From positions 1-64,000 of the forward strand of contig JBIPSI010000021.1 in assembly GCA_044070495.1 (NCBI GenBank): DNA of 64,000 nucleotides, read 5' to 3'. Origin of the DNA: Spirulina sp. GTDB taxonomy: Bacteria > Cyanobacteriota > Cyanobacteriia > Phormidesmidales > Phormidesmidaceae. Of the stretch, positions 51,492 through 60,669 are shown piece after piece. The notes below the pieces were generated by a model, which made no database searches, was not told the DNA's origin, and saw only the letters and a program-made list of their open reading frames with translations. How positions within the stretch are numbered: position 1 is the first letter of the stretch; every line of letters begins with the position of its first letter. The position numbers were made by a program, and so were the translations under genes.

Positions 51492-51686
51492 GGGGTTTCT
51501 CGTGGATAGGAGGGATTGGTGACGGGAGACAGGTTATTAGTTATTGGTTATTGGTTATTGGTGATGGATTACTTAAGCTGCCGCTGTCTCGTCACCCGCT
51601 GCCAGAACTCGTTTATGATAATTCGTCAGCCCCTATCCGGATCTCCAGGGGGCACAATCTGATCGATAACCAAGCCCTCGGCCCTG

Positions 51687-52376
51687 TTACCAGGCTTTGG
51701 GTTCAAAGGTAGCATCGTTGAGAATTCGCATGGTTTCCCCCGATTGGGCTAGCACAAACAACCCCTGGCGATAGGCATAGCGGTCGGCCCCATGGTCAAA
51801 GGCAATCCCAGCCACCGCCCCATAGAGCTGTCGTTCAGCGTGTTCTGGAAAAAACTGGTGAAATTGCTGCAAATCTTCCACAAATTCTTTCACATCGTCT
51901 ACGCTAAGGCTGCTTTTCACTTCCACCGCCAAAATGTGATTTTGATTCTGCACCAGCACATCAATTTCTAAGGTCTCGCCATCGCGAATCTTCTGCACCC
52001 GCTGGCTCACCTGATGCACCGGAATGCCCCGATCTAAAAACAACGTTTTGCAGGCCGGAGCCACCATATTTTCGACAAACAACCCCCACTTGCCGCCCAA
52101 CGCCCCCAACTGCTGGTTTAGTTGACGACTGGATTCAGCCATATCCCGTCGAGTTTCCGCAATGATCCGATCCAGATTCTGGCTCGATTCCTGAAGTCTA
52201 CGATCTGTCTCCTGAAATTTGCGATCCGTTTCCTGAAACTTGAGGTCGGTTTCCTGAAACCTACGAGCAGTCTCCTGAAACTTGAGGTCGGTTTCTTGAA
52301 ACATGCGCTTCGTTTCTTTTTGCGATTCTGCCAGTTCAGCCAGTAACCGCCATACATCGTCTGCCGTGGTCGCCAT
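51687..52376 (-). CDS. Coiled-coil/PD-(D/E)XK protein (DUF3782-like)
   Basis: FQETDxK heptad repeats (21-nt units), LGGKWGLFVE, EIDVL..AVEVKS, YAYRQGLFVL. Confidence 0.8.
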   Translation of the reverse strand: MATTADDVWRLLAELAESQKETKRMFQETDLKFQETARRFQETDLKFQETDRKFQETDRRLQESSQNLDRIIAETRRDMAESSRQLNQQLGALGGKWGLFVENMVAPACKTLFLDRGIPVHQVSQRVQKIRDGETLEIDVLVQNQNHILAVEVKSSLSVDDVKEFVEDLQQFHQFFPEHAERQLYGAVAGIAFDHGADRYAYRQGLFVLAQSGETMRILNDATFEPKAW

Positions 52377-52416
52377 TCTCTTTTCCTGTCACCCGCTATG
52401 CCCTTATTTTAGTCGT

Positions 52417-52438
52417 CGTAGGGTGGGCACTGCTCACC
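52417..52438. repeat. REP-like palindrome
   Basis: CGTAGGGTGGGCACTGCTCACC, near-identical to the reverse complement of 9645-9666. Confidence 0.65.
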
Positions 52439-52496
52439 ACCCAGCCTGTCTCCTCCATAGTCTGAATCTATCCCATCGCCATGGATTCCATGGCCG

Positions 52497-53990
52497 CTAC
52501 ACCACAAAGGGTTGCTGCACCCGTTGCAGCAGGTCATAGAACGGTTGCCAGTCGTCTTCGACGGTGATGGGTTCCCAGATGGCTTCAATTTCGGGCCGCA
52601 GCAGCACGGTTTCGGGGTTGGTTTGCCGCAGGGTTTGTTGAAGGTTGTCTAGGGCAGATTCCGGCAGGGATCGCAGCGCTTGATGGTACCACTGCCGCCA
52701 AAGCTGGAGCCGTTCCGCCGCTGCGGGGTCGGAGGCTTGCAGGGTGGTGGACAAGATTTGATCGGGTTCCGTCCGCCACTGGGGAGAAAACTGCTGGGCC
52801 AGGCCCAGGAAAAACTCGTGGTAGCCGACTTCCACAGCGGCCAGGAGTTCCTGGGTTTGGTTGACCAATGTAGTCGCTAGGTCGTCCGTCAATAGAGCAA
52901 CCTGATCGGCCCCAAAGCCGAGTTTCCGCAGCATCAGGCATTGATAGTGGTGCTGGTAGCGGTCTTTGTATTGGGCTAGGGCGGCGTCCATTTCGGTTTC
53001 GGGCATCACCAACTTGAGAGGCTTTTGCAGCGCCTTTAGGTTCATTTGGCAGATGATCGGCTGGTTGCCGTAGCTGTAGCGGCCCCCGTGGTCAAAATAA
53101 GCGGCGGTGAAGCGGCGGTCGAACTTGTCCATGAAGGCGTAGGGGCCGTAGTCGAAGCTTTCCCCGGTGATGGACATGTTGTCGGTGTTGAGCACCCCAT
53201 GGCAAAAGCCGACGGACATCCACTGGGCCACCAACTGGGCCACCCGTTCCACCAGTTCGTCATAGAACCGCACAAACCGCTCCTGGGGATCGGTGAACAG
53301 GCGCACCGCTGGGTAGTAAACGTCGATGACATGCTCCAGCAGCTTGGCGATCAGGTCGGGCCGTTGGTGGTATTCCAGGCGCTCGAAGGTGCCAAAGCGA
53401 ATGTGGGAACGGCTGAACCGCACCATCACCGAGGATCGGGTGGGGGAGGGTTCATCGCCGCGCCACAGGGCTTCCCCGGTTTCCACCAGGCTAAAGGTAC
53501 GGGAAGTCGTCACTCCCAGGGCATGGAGCGCCTCCGAGGCCAGCACCTCCCGCACGCCACCCTTCAGGGTCAGCCGTCCATCGCCGCCCCGCGAGTAGGG
53601 CGTAGTGCCGGAACCCTTGGTGCCAAAGTCGTAGAGTCCGCCATCCACCCCCCGCACCTGGCCATGGAGAAAGCCCCGCCCATCGCCCAAAAAGGGGTTG
53701 TATTGGCCAAACTGGTAGCCGTGGTAGCGCAGGGCCAGCAGGGGTTCTCGGCCCTCAAACTTACCAAAGGCTTGGATAAAGTGATCATCGCTCACCGCCG
53801 CCGGATCTAGCCCCAGCCGCCGCACTAGGTCATCATTGCGAAACCGCAGTTGGTGAGATGGAAAATCCGCCGCTTCCACCACGTCGTAATACTCATCGCC
53901 GAGGGCTTCTAGGGCGGGCAGATAGTCCAACGCCAGCAGGGGATTCGCTGCCGTGGCGGAGGTCGGGACGGAGGAGGCGGGGGAAGACAT
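52497..53990 (-). CDS. selO: Protein adenylyltransferase SelO/YdiU family
   Basis: [55 protein letters not shown]. Confidence 0.92.
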   Translation of the reverse strand: MSSPASSVPTSATAANPLLALDYLPALEALGDEYYDVVEAADFPSHQLRFRNDDLVRRLGLDPAAVSDDHFIQAFGKFEGREPLLALRYHGYQFGQYNPFLGDGRGFLHGQVRGVDGGLYDFGTKGSGTTPYSRGGDGRLTLKGGVREVLASEALHALGVTTSRTFSLVETGEALWRGDEPSPTRSSVMVRFSRSHIRFGTFERLEYHQRPDLIAKLLEHVIDVYYPAVRLFTDPQERFVRFYDELVERVAQLVAQWMSVGFCHGVLNTDNMSITGESFDYGPYAFMDKFDRRFTAAYFDHGGRYSYGNQPIICQMNLKALQKPLKLVMPETEMDAALAQYKDRYQHHYQCLMLRKLGFGADQVALLTDDLATTLVNQTQELLAAVEVGYHEFFLGLAQQFSPQWRTEPDQILSTTLQASDPAAAERLQLWRQWYHQALRSLPESALDNLQQTLRQTNPETVLLRPEIEAIWEPITVEDDWQPFYDLLQRVQQPFVV

Positions 53991-54088
53991 GGGATGTAGG
54001 ACTTTAGCAACACAAGTATTTCTAAAATCTTAGCCTGGATTCCTCCCAAGTCCGGCGATGGGCGACCGCTCGGTCTTGTAGCAGGCTA

Positions 54089-55264
54089 TCAGGCCCCAAG
54101 GTCTTGGTAAAAGGCGAAGAGTTCTTTGGCGAGGGCGGTGTTGGTGTAGTGGGTCATGGCGCGGCTGTAGCCCCGTTCGGCCAGGGTTTGGCGTTGGCTG
54201 GGGTTCTCTAGCAGCAGGCGTAGACGTTCGGCCAGGGCGGCGGCGTTGCCTTCGGGGAAGACCAGTCCGGCCTCTTGGATGACGTGGGGAATCTCGCCGG
54301 AATCTGACCCGATGACGGGCACGGCGCAGGCCATGGCTTCGATCAACACATGGCCAAACTGCTCTTTCCAACCAGCGGAGGTCAGGGTCTTAAACTGATA
54401 GGTGGTTTCCGAGGGCAGCACCAGGGCGTCCATCAAATTGATGTAGCTCGGCACATCGGCGTGGGGCACGCTTTCCACCCAGCGCACCCGGTCGGACAAG
54501 CCCGCCGCCGCAATTTTGGCTTGCAGAGCGTCTTTCAAGTCGCCTCGGCCCAGCAGCAGCCACACCCAGGGTTGAGGATGATCCTTCAGCATCGTTAGGG
54601 CGTCGCAGAGGGTGAGTAGCCCCTTTTCGGCCACAAACCGCCCCACAAACCCCACCACAAAGGTGCCCTCTGGGATACTAAACTGCTGGGCTAGGCTGGG
54701 CTGGGCCTGGGGAAAAAAGCGGGTTTCATCCACCCCAAGCTGGGGCATCACCCGGTATTGTCCTTGGTAGCCCCGCTGACGCAGCACATCGGCTCCGTCT
54801 TGGTTGCCCGCCACTAGGCCATCGGTGTGGCGCAGGTTATAGGATTCCAGCCAGGACACGGGAAATTTGAGGTCGTAGGGCAAATTCCACCAGGTAAAAA
54901 AGACGTTCTTGGCGTTGAGTCCTAGCAGGCGGTTGAGGGTGATGGTTTGGGCATAGGCGAGGGATTTGGCCCCCTGTTCCACCTGGATCACCTGGGGGCG
55001 GAACTCGCGCATCAGCGTGACTAAATCTGGCCCAAAGCCCAGTAAGCCTTGGTTATTTTGGCTAAAGTTGCCCAGGGGCACCAACCTAAAGTTGCCATCC
55101 TCCCACCCTTGGGATTCAATCAGTCGATTTTGCACCCCCCCAGGACTCCAACGTCGGGGCACCCCCACCACCACCTCTAGGGCTGGATCGAGATGGGCTA
55201 AGGCCCGCAGCTTTTCGCAGTTGAGGTCAACAATGTAGGTATGGCTGAGCACCAGCACGCGCAT
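54089..55264 (-). CDS. hpsO: GT4 glycosyltransferase, HpsO-like
   Basis: SHTYIVDLNCEKL, FFTWWNLPY, PQLGVD, GWKEQFGHVLIEAMAC. Confidence 0.75.
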   Translation of the reverse strand: MRVLVLSHTYIVDLNCEKLRALAHLDPALEVVVGVPRRWSPGGVQNRLIESQGWEDGNFRLVPLGNFSQNNQGLLGFGPDLVTLMREFRPQVIQVEQGAKSLAYAQTITLNRLLGLNAKNVFFTWWNLPYDLKFPVSWLESYNLRHTDGLVAGNQDGADVLRQRGYQGQYRVMPQLGVDETRFFPQAQPSLAQQFSIPEGTFVVGFVGRFVAEKGLLTLCDALTMLKDHPQPWVWLLLGRGDLKDALQAKIAAAGLSDRVRWVESVPHADVPSYINLMDALVLPSETTYQFKTLTSAGWKEQFGHVLIEAMACAVPVIGSDSGEIPHVIQEAGLVFPEGNAAALAERLRLLLENPSQRQTLAERGYSRAMTHYTNTALAKELFAFYQDLGA

Positions 55265-55367
55265 GGCAAAAACCGTCGGGCGGCGGTTGGAGAGGGTTAC
55301 TGTTAGGGTGCCCAGGTTTGCCGTCTGGAACTACATTTTCCTAAGGGCTTAGGGATACCTTAAGGAC

Positions 55368-56318
55368 TTAGGGACGGTTAGCAAAGGCATCGGTAGCTTC
55401 GATCAGAGTGCTGACAATCCCCGGTTCTAGAGCCGAGTGGCCCGCCTTTTGCACCATCACAAACTTGGCCTCTGGCCAAGCGCGATGCAGTTCCCAGGCC
55501 GTGGTGGGCGGACACACCACATCGTAGCGCCCCTGCACAATTACCCCAGGAATATGGCGAATACGATCCACATTTTGGAGTAGCTGATCGTCTTGTTCAA
55601 AAAAGCCGTGGTTGACGAAATAATGGCACTCAATGCGGGCAAAGGCGAGGGCAAACTCATCGGCCCCAAAGCGATTCACCAAGTTGGCATCCTGAATCAG
55701 CATACTGGTGCTGGCTTCCCAAATCGCCCAAGCACGGGCGGCCTCCAGGCGAGTTTGCCGATCCTCGCTGGTCAGCCGTCGATAATAGGCCGCTAACAGA
55801 TCATCCCGCTCGGTCTCTGGAATCGGGGCGAGATATTGCTCCCAGGCGTCGGGATATAAAAAGCTGGCCCCCTCCTGGTAAAACCAGTGGATTTCCCTTT
55901 GGCGCAGGGTAAAAATGCCGCGCAGAATCAACCCATTGCAGCGGTCGGGGTGGGTTTGGGCATAGGCCAGGGCCAGGGTGCTGCCCCAACTGCCGCCAAA
56001 GACCGTCCATTGCTCAAGTCCTAGGGTTTTGCGAATGGCCTCCATATCGCTGACCAACGCCCAGGTGGTGTTGTCCTCTAGCTCGGCGTAGGGCGTGCTT
56101 TTGCCACAGCCACGCTGATCAAACAATATGATTCGCCAGCGTTTCGGATCAAAAAACTGTCGATAGGTGGGCACCAAGCCGCCCCCTGGCCCCCCGTGTA
56201 AGAAAATGACGGGCTTGCCGTGGGGGTTACCGGCCTCCTCAACGTAGAGATGGTGGAGGGGCGACACCTGAAGGCTAAAAGTATGGTAAGGCTCGATGGG
56301 GGGATACAGTGTACGCAT
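55368..56318 (-). CDS. pip: Proline iminopeptidase
   Basis: HGGPG, DQRGCGKS, GGSWG, QGRYDVVC, AGHSA. Confidence 0.95.
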   Translation of the reverse strand: MRTLYPPIEPYHTFSLQVSPLHHLYVEEAGNPHGKPVIFLHGGPGGGLVPTYRQFFDPKRWRIILFDQRGCGKSTPYAELEDNTTWALVSDMEAIRKTLGLEQWTVFGGSWGSTLALAYAQTHPDRCNGLILRGIFTLRQREIHWFYQEGASFLYPDAWEQYLAPIPETERDDLLAAYYRRLTSEDRQTRLEAARAWAIWEASTSMLIQDANLVNRFGADEFALAFARIECHYFVNHGFFEQDDQLLQNVDRIRHIPGVIVQGRYDVVCPPTTAWELHRAWPEAKFVMVQKAGHSALEPGIVSTLIEATDAFANRP

Positions 56319-56452
56319 AGGGGCCAGCGAAGAAAATCAGAACACTGTCAACACACTCCTGGAGACGATGGAGGCCATTGAGGGAGTGGAGTCATTCTAC
56401 CGCTGGTCGCGATGTTCCGAGATGCAAAGCGGATGGTTTTTATCCCCAGGAA

Positions 56453-56563
56453 TTATTGACGGTTCCTGGGGCTGCTCTTTACCACGCGCCACTCTCCCGT
56501 TTGCGGATCCCGCAGACTAATAAAGGGATTGACTTTTAGGGGCTTGTTACAAGGGCTGGCCAC
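56453..56563 (-). CDS. Putative 36-aa small protein
   Basis: AGGAGG RBS 9 nt before GTG 56563; MASPCNKPLKVNPFISLRDPQTGEWRVVKSSPRNRQ. Confidence 0.5.
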   Translation of the reverse strand: MASPCNKPLKVNPFISLRDPQTGEWRVVKSSPRNRQ

Positions 56564-56640
56564 GGTAGGTACCCTCCTACGCTTTTTTCTATGGTAAGAA
56601 ATGACACCCCTGGCGTTGGTGACATACCAGGGGTGTATGT

Positions 56641-56656
56641 CGTGACTTTGATCACA
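56641..56656. promoter_or_regulatory. CRP-like site
   Basis: CGTGA-ctttga-TCACA, 9/10 match to TGTGA-N6-TCACA, intergenic. Confidence 0.45.
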
Positions 56657-56960
56657 CTGATGGGTGATTGAGATCAAGTTGATGGCCCATGGTTGGCCAT
56701 AGGGCGCTTTGACCTAGCCAATCACTGGGAGCACAGGCTTTCCCCGGCGGCATTGGTGAGGGCTGAGGCATCAAATTCCAGGGCGCTAAACTCCCCAGCT
56801 ACGGTCAACGGATCGCCCACCGACACAGTTTGCTGGGTATTGTCGCCACAGACATCCCAGGCATCGACGTGCCAAAGTCTAAGCGGGGCCTTGCCTGTCA
56901 TCCGTTCCACCGATTTCAGTGACCTAGATATGAACATCGGTTCATGTTATGTCATCGAGC

Positions 56961-58214
56961 CTAGTCTAGGTCACCCAGGGCCTTGGCCACGGTGTTCACG
57001 TCCTTATCGCCCCGGCCAGAGGAGTTGATCACAATGCGGGGGTTGCCCGATAGCTGGGGGCACAGGGTTTCCAGGTAGGCGAAGGCGTGGGCGGTTTCGA
57101 GGGCGGGGATGATGCCCTCTAGGCGAGAGACCCGCTGGAAGGCATCGAGAGCCTCCTGGTCGGTGACGCTGTAATACTCCGCCCGTCCGGCATCCTTGAG
57201 GAAGCTGTGTTCGGGGCCAACACCGGGGTAGTCTAGCCCCGCGCTGATGGAGTGGGCTTCGATCACTTGGCCATCGGTGTCTTGCAGCAGGTAGCTCATG
57301 GCCCCGTGCAGCACACCCACCCGTCCTGCGGTGAGCGTCGCCGCGTGTTTGCCACTGTCTACCCCACTACCCGCCGCCTCAATGCCGATCATCCGCACGC
57401 TGGCATCGTGAATGAACTCATTGAACAGGCCCATGGCGTTGGAGCCGCCGCCCACACAGGCGATCAGAATATCCGGCAAGCCGCCCCATTTCTCCTGGCA
57501 CTGGGCGCGGGTTTCTTCGCCGATGATGGCATGGAAATCGCGCACCATCATCGGGTAGGGGTGGGGGCCAGCCACGGAACCGAGGATGTAGTGGGTGGTT
57601 TCTACGTTCGTTACCCAGTCGCGGATGGCCTCGGAGGTGGCGTCCTTGAGGGTGCCTGTGCCAGCGGCCACGCCCCGCACCTCGGCCCCCATCAGCCGCA
57701 TCCGAAACACGTTTAGCGCCTGCCGCTCCATGTCGTGGACACCCATATAGATGACGCACTGAAGGCCAAAGCGGGCGCAAACCGTGGCGGTGGCTACCCC
57801 GTGCTGTCCGGCCCCGGTTTCGGCGATGATGCGCTGTTTGCCCATGCGCTTGGCCAGCAACACCTGGGCCAGGGCGTTGTTGATCTTGTGCGCCCCAGTG
57901 TGGTTGAGGTCTTCCCGCTTCAGGTAAATATCGGGGCCTTGGCCATCGGGGCGGCGATAGTGGGCGGTGAGCCGTTCGGCAAAATACAGCGGGCTGGGGC
58001 GACCCACATAGTCGGCCAGGAGACCGTCCAGTTCCGCCTTGAACCCCGCCTCATCCTTGTAGCGATAGAAAGCCTCCTCCAGTTCGCTGAGGGCGGGCAT
58101 TAGGGTTTCGGGCACATACTTGCCACCAAACGGGCCAAAACGGCCCAGGGCATCGGGACGGGGCGCATCGATGGAAGCGGCGGACTGGCGGGGGGAAAGC
58201 GGCGTTTGGGTCAC
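56961..58214 (-). CDS. trpB: Tryptophan synthase beta subunit
   Basis: [53 protein letters not shown]. Confidence 0.98.
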   Translation of the reverse strand: MTQTPLSPRQSAASIDAPRPDALGRFGPFGGKYVPETLMPALSELEEAFYRYKDEAGFKAELDGLLADYVGRPSPLYFAERLTAHYRRPDGQGPDIYLKREDLNHTGAHKINNALAQVLLAKRMGKQRIIAETGAGQHGVATATVCARFGLQCVIYMGVHDMERQALNVFRMRLMGAEVRGVAAGTGTLKDATSEAIRDWVTNVETTHYILGSVAGPHPYPMMVRDFHAIIGEETRAQCQEKWGGLPDILIACVGGGSNAMGLFNEFIHDASVRMIGIEAAGSGVDSGKHAATLTAGRVGVLHGAMSYLLQDTDGQVIEAHSISAGLDYPGVGPEHSFLKDAGRAEYYSVTDQEALDAFQRVSRLEGIIPALETAHAFAYLETLCPQLSGNPRIVINSSGRGDKDVNTVAKALGDLD

Positions 58215-58519
58215 AGGAAATGCAGGATGAAGGGCAGAGAGTAGCCCCCATTATAAGGAATGGGATTACCCTGAGGCTAGGGATAGCGGCGCATTGCTAC
58301 ACCATTGCCATTGGGATGCCAGGGTTGTGACTCCCCGCCTAATTTGAGATGATGCAGCGAGTCTGCCCTAATCCACCAACCAGGTCACGACTGCCATACA
58401 GGTTGAGATAAGAACTTAAGTCAGATACACCAGAGGCAACTTTGAGCTAAAAGCAAGGCCATGCTGGGAGATGCGAAGATGGCTATAGTAAACAAAGATC
58501 CGAAGGAGGCATCTGGCCA

Positions 58520-58804
58520 ATGAGTGACCTAACAGTAAGCCTAAGTCTACCAAGGGATTTACTAGGAACCTTAGATGTTTCCGAATCACAATTAGCTGAC
58601 CAAATCCTAGAGCTTTTGGCCCTGGAGTTGTTTCGTCAAGGGCGCATTTCTACGGGCAAGGGAGCGGAGTTACTCAGAATTTCCAAGGCAGATTTTATCC
58701 ATCTTTTAGACCGTCACCAAATTCCCTATTTCACCATCACTTCAGCGGAATTAGAAATGGAGGTCGCCACCGTAGAGGCATTACTCAAACCATCAGGTCG
58801 ATGA
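58520..58804 (+). CDS. UPF0175 family putative antitoxin
   Basis: LALELFRQGRISTGKGAELL HTH; ATGA overlap with downstream PIN gene; GGAGG RBS. Confidence 0.85.
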   Translation: MSDLTVSLSLPRDLLGTLDVSESQLADQILELLALELFRQGRISTGKGAELLRISKADFIHLLDRHQIPYFTITSAELEMEVATVEALLKPSGR

Positions 58805-59286
58805 TTGTTGTCTCTAATGCTGGGCCACTCATTGCCTTAGCCAGGATTGATCATTTAGCCCTAATTCAAGGTCTCTATGGCAACGTACTGATTCCGAGGG
58901 CCGTTGAACAGGAGGTCGTTGGTATGGGCTTCAATCGCCCTGGAGCTAGGGAAATCAGCACCGCAACCTGGATTCAAGTCGCCGACGTATCCGATTCCAT
59001 TGCGGTTAGTCTTTTACGAGAACGGCTAGATGCAGGCGAGAGTGCGGCGATTGTCCTGGCCCTTGAACAACAGGCTGACCTATTACTTATGGATGAAGCC
59101 AGAGGACGACGCATGGCCCAATCCAAAAACCTCGCCCATACTGGAACGGTAGGAATTTTGGTGCTAGCCAAGCGTCAGGGGTTACTCAATGCCGTTACGC
59201 CTGCCCTAGATCAGCTCATCACCACTGGATTTAGGATGAATGATGACTTGAGAGAAACCGCCCAAAAGCTCGCTGGCGAATCGTGA
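58801..59286 (+). CDS. DUF3368 PIN-domain putative toxin
   Basis: IVVSNAGPLI, IPRAVEQE, LDAGESAAI, LLMDEARGR, GTVGIL. Confidence 0.87.
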   Translation: MIVVSNAGPLIALARIDHLALIQGLYGNVLIPRAVEQEVVGMGFNRPGAREISTATWIQVADVSDSIAVSLLRERLDAGESAAIVLALEQQADLLLMDEARGRRMAQSKNLAHTGTVGILVLAKRQGLLNAVTPALDQLITTGFRMNDDLRETAQKLAGES

Positions 59287-59368
59287 CGGCTGCGCCTTGG
59301 GCGAATTGGGATGGGTAGATGAGCAGGGTGAACCATCCACAGGGCCGCTGGGGATTTAAACTAGAGTT

Positions 59369-59747
59369 AGGAAGGAGTTGGCGAGGTGGTTGCGGGTTGG
59401 CTACGGCTGGCCTGAGGAAAGTCCGGGCTCCCGAAAGACCAGACTTGCTGGGTAACGCCCAGTGCGGGTGACCGTGAGGAGAGTGCCACAGAAACATACC
59501 GCCGATGGCCTTGGGGTGTCTCCAGGCACAGGTAAGGGTGCAAGGGTGCGGTAAGAGCGCACCAGCAGCATCGAGAGGTGCTGGCTCGGTAAACCCCGGT
59601 TGGGAGCAAGGTCGAAGGGGCAAGGGTTGGTCTTTTTCCTGTCCCGTCTTTGCGTACCGCATGAGGCGGCTGGTAACAGTCGTCCCAGATAGATAACCGC
59701 CCCCCGGCAACGGGGAACAGAACCCGGCTTATGTCCGACTCCTTCCC
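59369..59747 (+). ncRNA. rnpB: RNase P RNA (type A)
   Basis: GAGGAAAGTCCGGGC, AGTGCCACAGAAA, GGTAAACCCC, ACAGAACCCGGCTTA; P1 GGAAGGAGTTGG pairs with CCGACTCCTTCC. Confidence 0.97.
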
Positions 59748-59759
59748 GTTTTTTAGGAT

Positions 59760-60461
59760 ATGTCTTCGGTGCCTTCCCATTCGCTTCAGCGGTGTTTGCA
59801 AAAGTTGGGTTTACCTGCGGATTTGGAGGTGAACTGGGAGCGGCTGGATCTGGCCCTCACCCACGAATCTGCCAACGCCACGGACAACTACGAGCAGTTG
59901 GAACTGCTGGGGGATGCGGTGCTGCGGCTGGCGGCGACGGAATGTTTGCAGGAGAGTTTTCCGGGTGCCTCAGTGGGGGATTTATCAGCGTTGAGATCCC
60001 AATTAATTAGTGACCGCACCCTGGCCCAGTTGGCGGCTCGTTTGGGTCTGGATGCCTATCTGATTACCGACCCCAGCCTGAAAACCAAGGGCGTGCCCAC
60101 CCAGCGGTTGGCCGACGCCCTAGAGGCGGTGGTGGCGGTGATTTACCTGGAAACCCACGACCTTAAGCTCATTCGCCCTTGGTTAGATCCCCACTTTCGT
60201 CGCTTGGCCCACAGTCTGCAAAACGACCCTAGCCGCAAAAACTACAAGGATCTGCTGCAACAGATCACCCAAAAACGCCATCGCGCCCTGCCCGAATACC
60301 GCACCACCGAACCCGGTCGTGAGAATGATCCCCAGCGCTACCGGGCCGATGTTTGGTTCCAAGACCGCTGCCTAGGCACAGGCCATGGCCCCACCAAAAA
60401 ACAGGCGGAACAGGCCGCCGCCGCCCTCGCCTACGAAGCCTTAACCCCTGAGGAGCCATAG
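59760..60461 (+). CDS. rnc: Ribonuclease III
   Basis: ALTHES, NYEQLELLGDAVL, LADALEAV, dsRBD NYKDLLQ..KKQAEQAAA; directly after rnpB. Confidence 0.92.
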   Translation: MSSVPSHSLQRCLQKLGLPADLEVNWERLDLALTHESANATDNYEQLELLGDAVLRLAATECLQESFPGASVGDLSALRSQLISDRTLAQLAARLGLDAYLITDPSLKTKGVPTQRLADALEAVVAVIYLETHDLKLIRPWLDPHFRRLAHSLQNDPSRKNYKDLLQQITQKRHRALPEYRTTEPGRENDPQRYRADVWFQDRCLGTGHGPTKKQAEQAAAALAYEALTPEEP

Positions 60462-60554
60462 CTGGCCTCCAGGGGTTTGATCCTCCTAAGGACGAGGGAA
60501 AGGACAACTGTTTTACCTGGCTGACGAACGCAACGCCAAAAAGCATTGATCTCT

Positions 60555-60641
60555 AGTAGGTTGGGTAGCGCGATAGCAGAACCCAACAAGCCCGAAATCC
60601 CCGGTGAGTGTTGGGTTCCGCTTCGCTGCACCCAACCTACT
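60555..60641. repeat. REPIN-like inverted REP pair between convergent genes
   Basis: AGTAGGTTGGGT..ACCCAAC followed by GTTGGGT..ACCCAACCTACT. Confidence 0.75.
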
Positions 60642-60669
60642 TTGGAGAGGTGTCAAGCAGTCAGGTATT

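Noticed and set aside
52185..52305. 21-nt periodic repeats
   Set aside because: Coding heptads (FQETDxK) of the coiled-coil protein; not an array
56722..56937. 71-aa minus-strand ORF after trpB
   Set aside because: No recognisable motif or clear RBS; cannot be supported
59231..59801. ORFs overlapping rnpB
   Set aside because: The region is fully explained by RNase P RNA
32726..60461. Apparent clustering of RNA-processing genes (pseudouridine synthase, m5C methyltransferase, RlhA-like, rnpB, rnc)
   Set aside because: Spread over 28 kb in separate units; only the rnpB-rnc adjacency is tight, and that is a known arrangement
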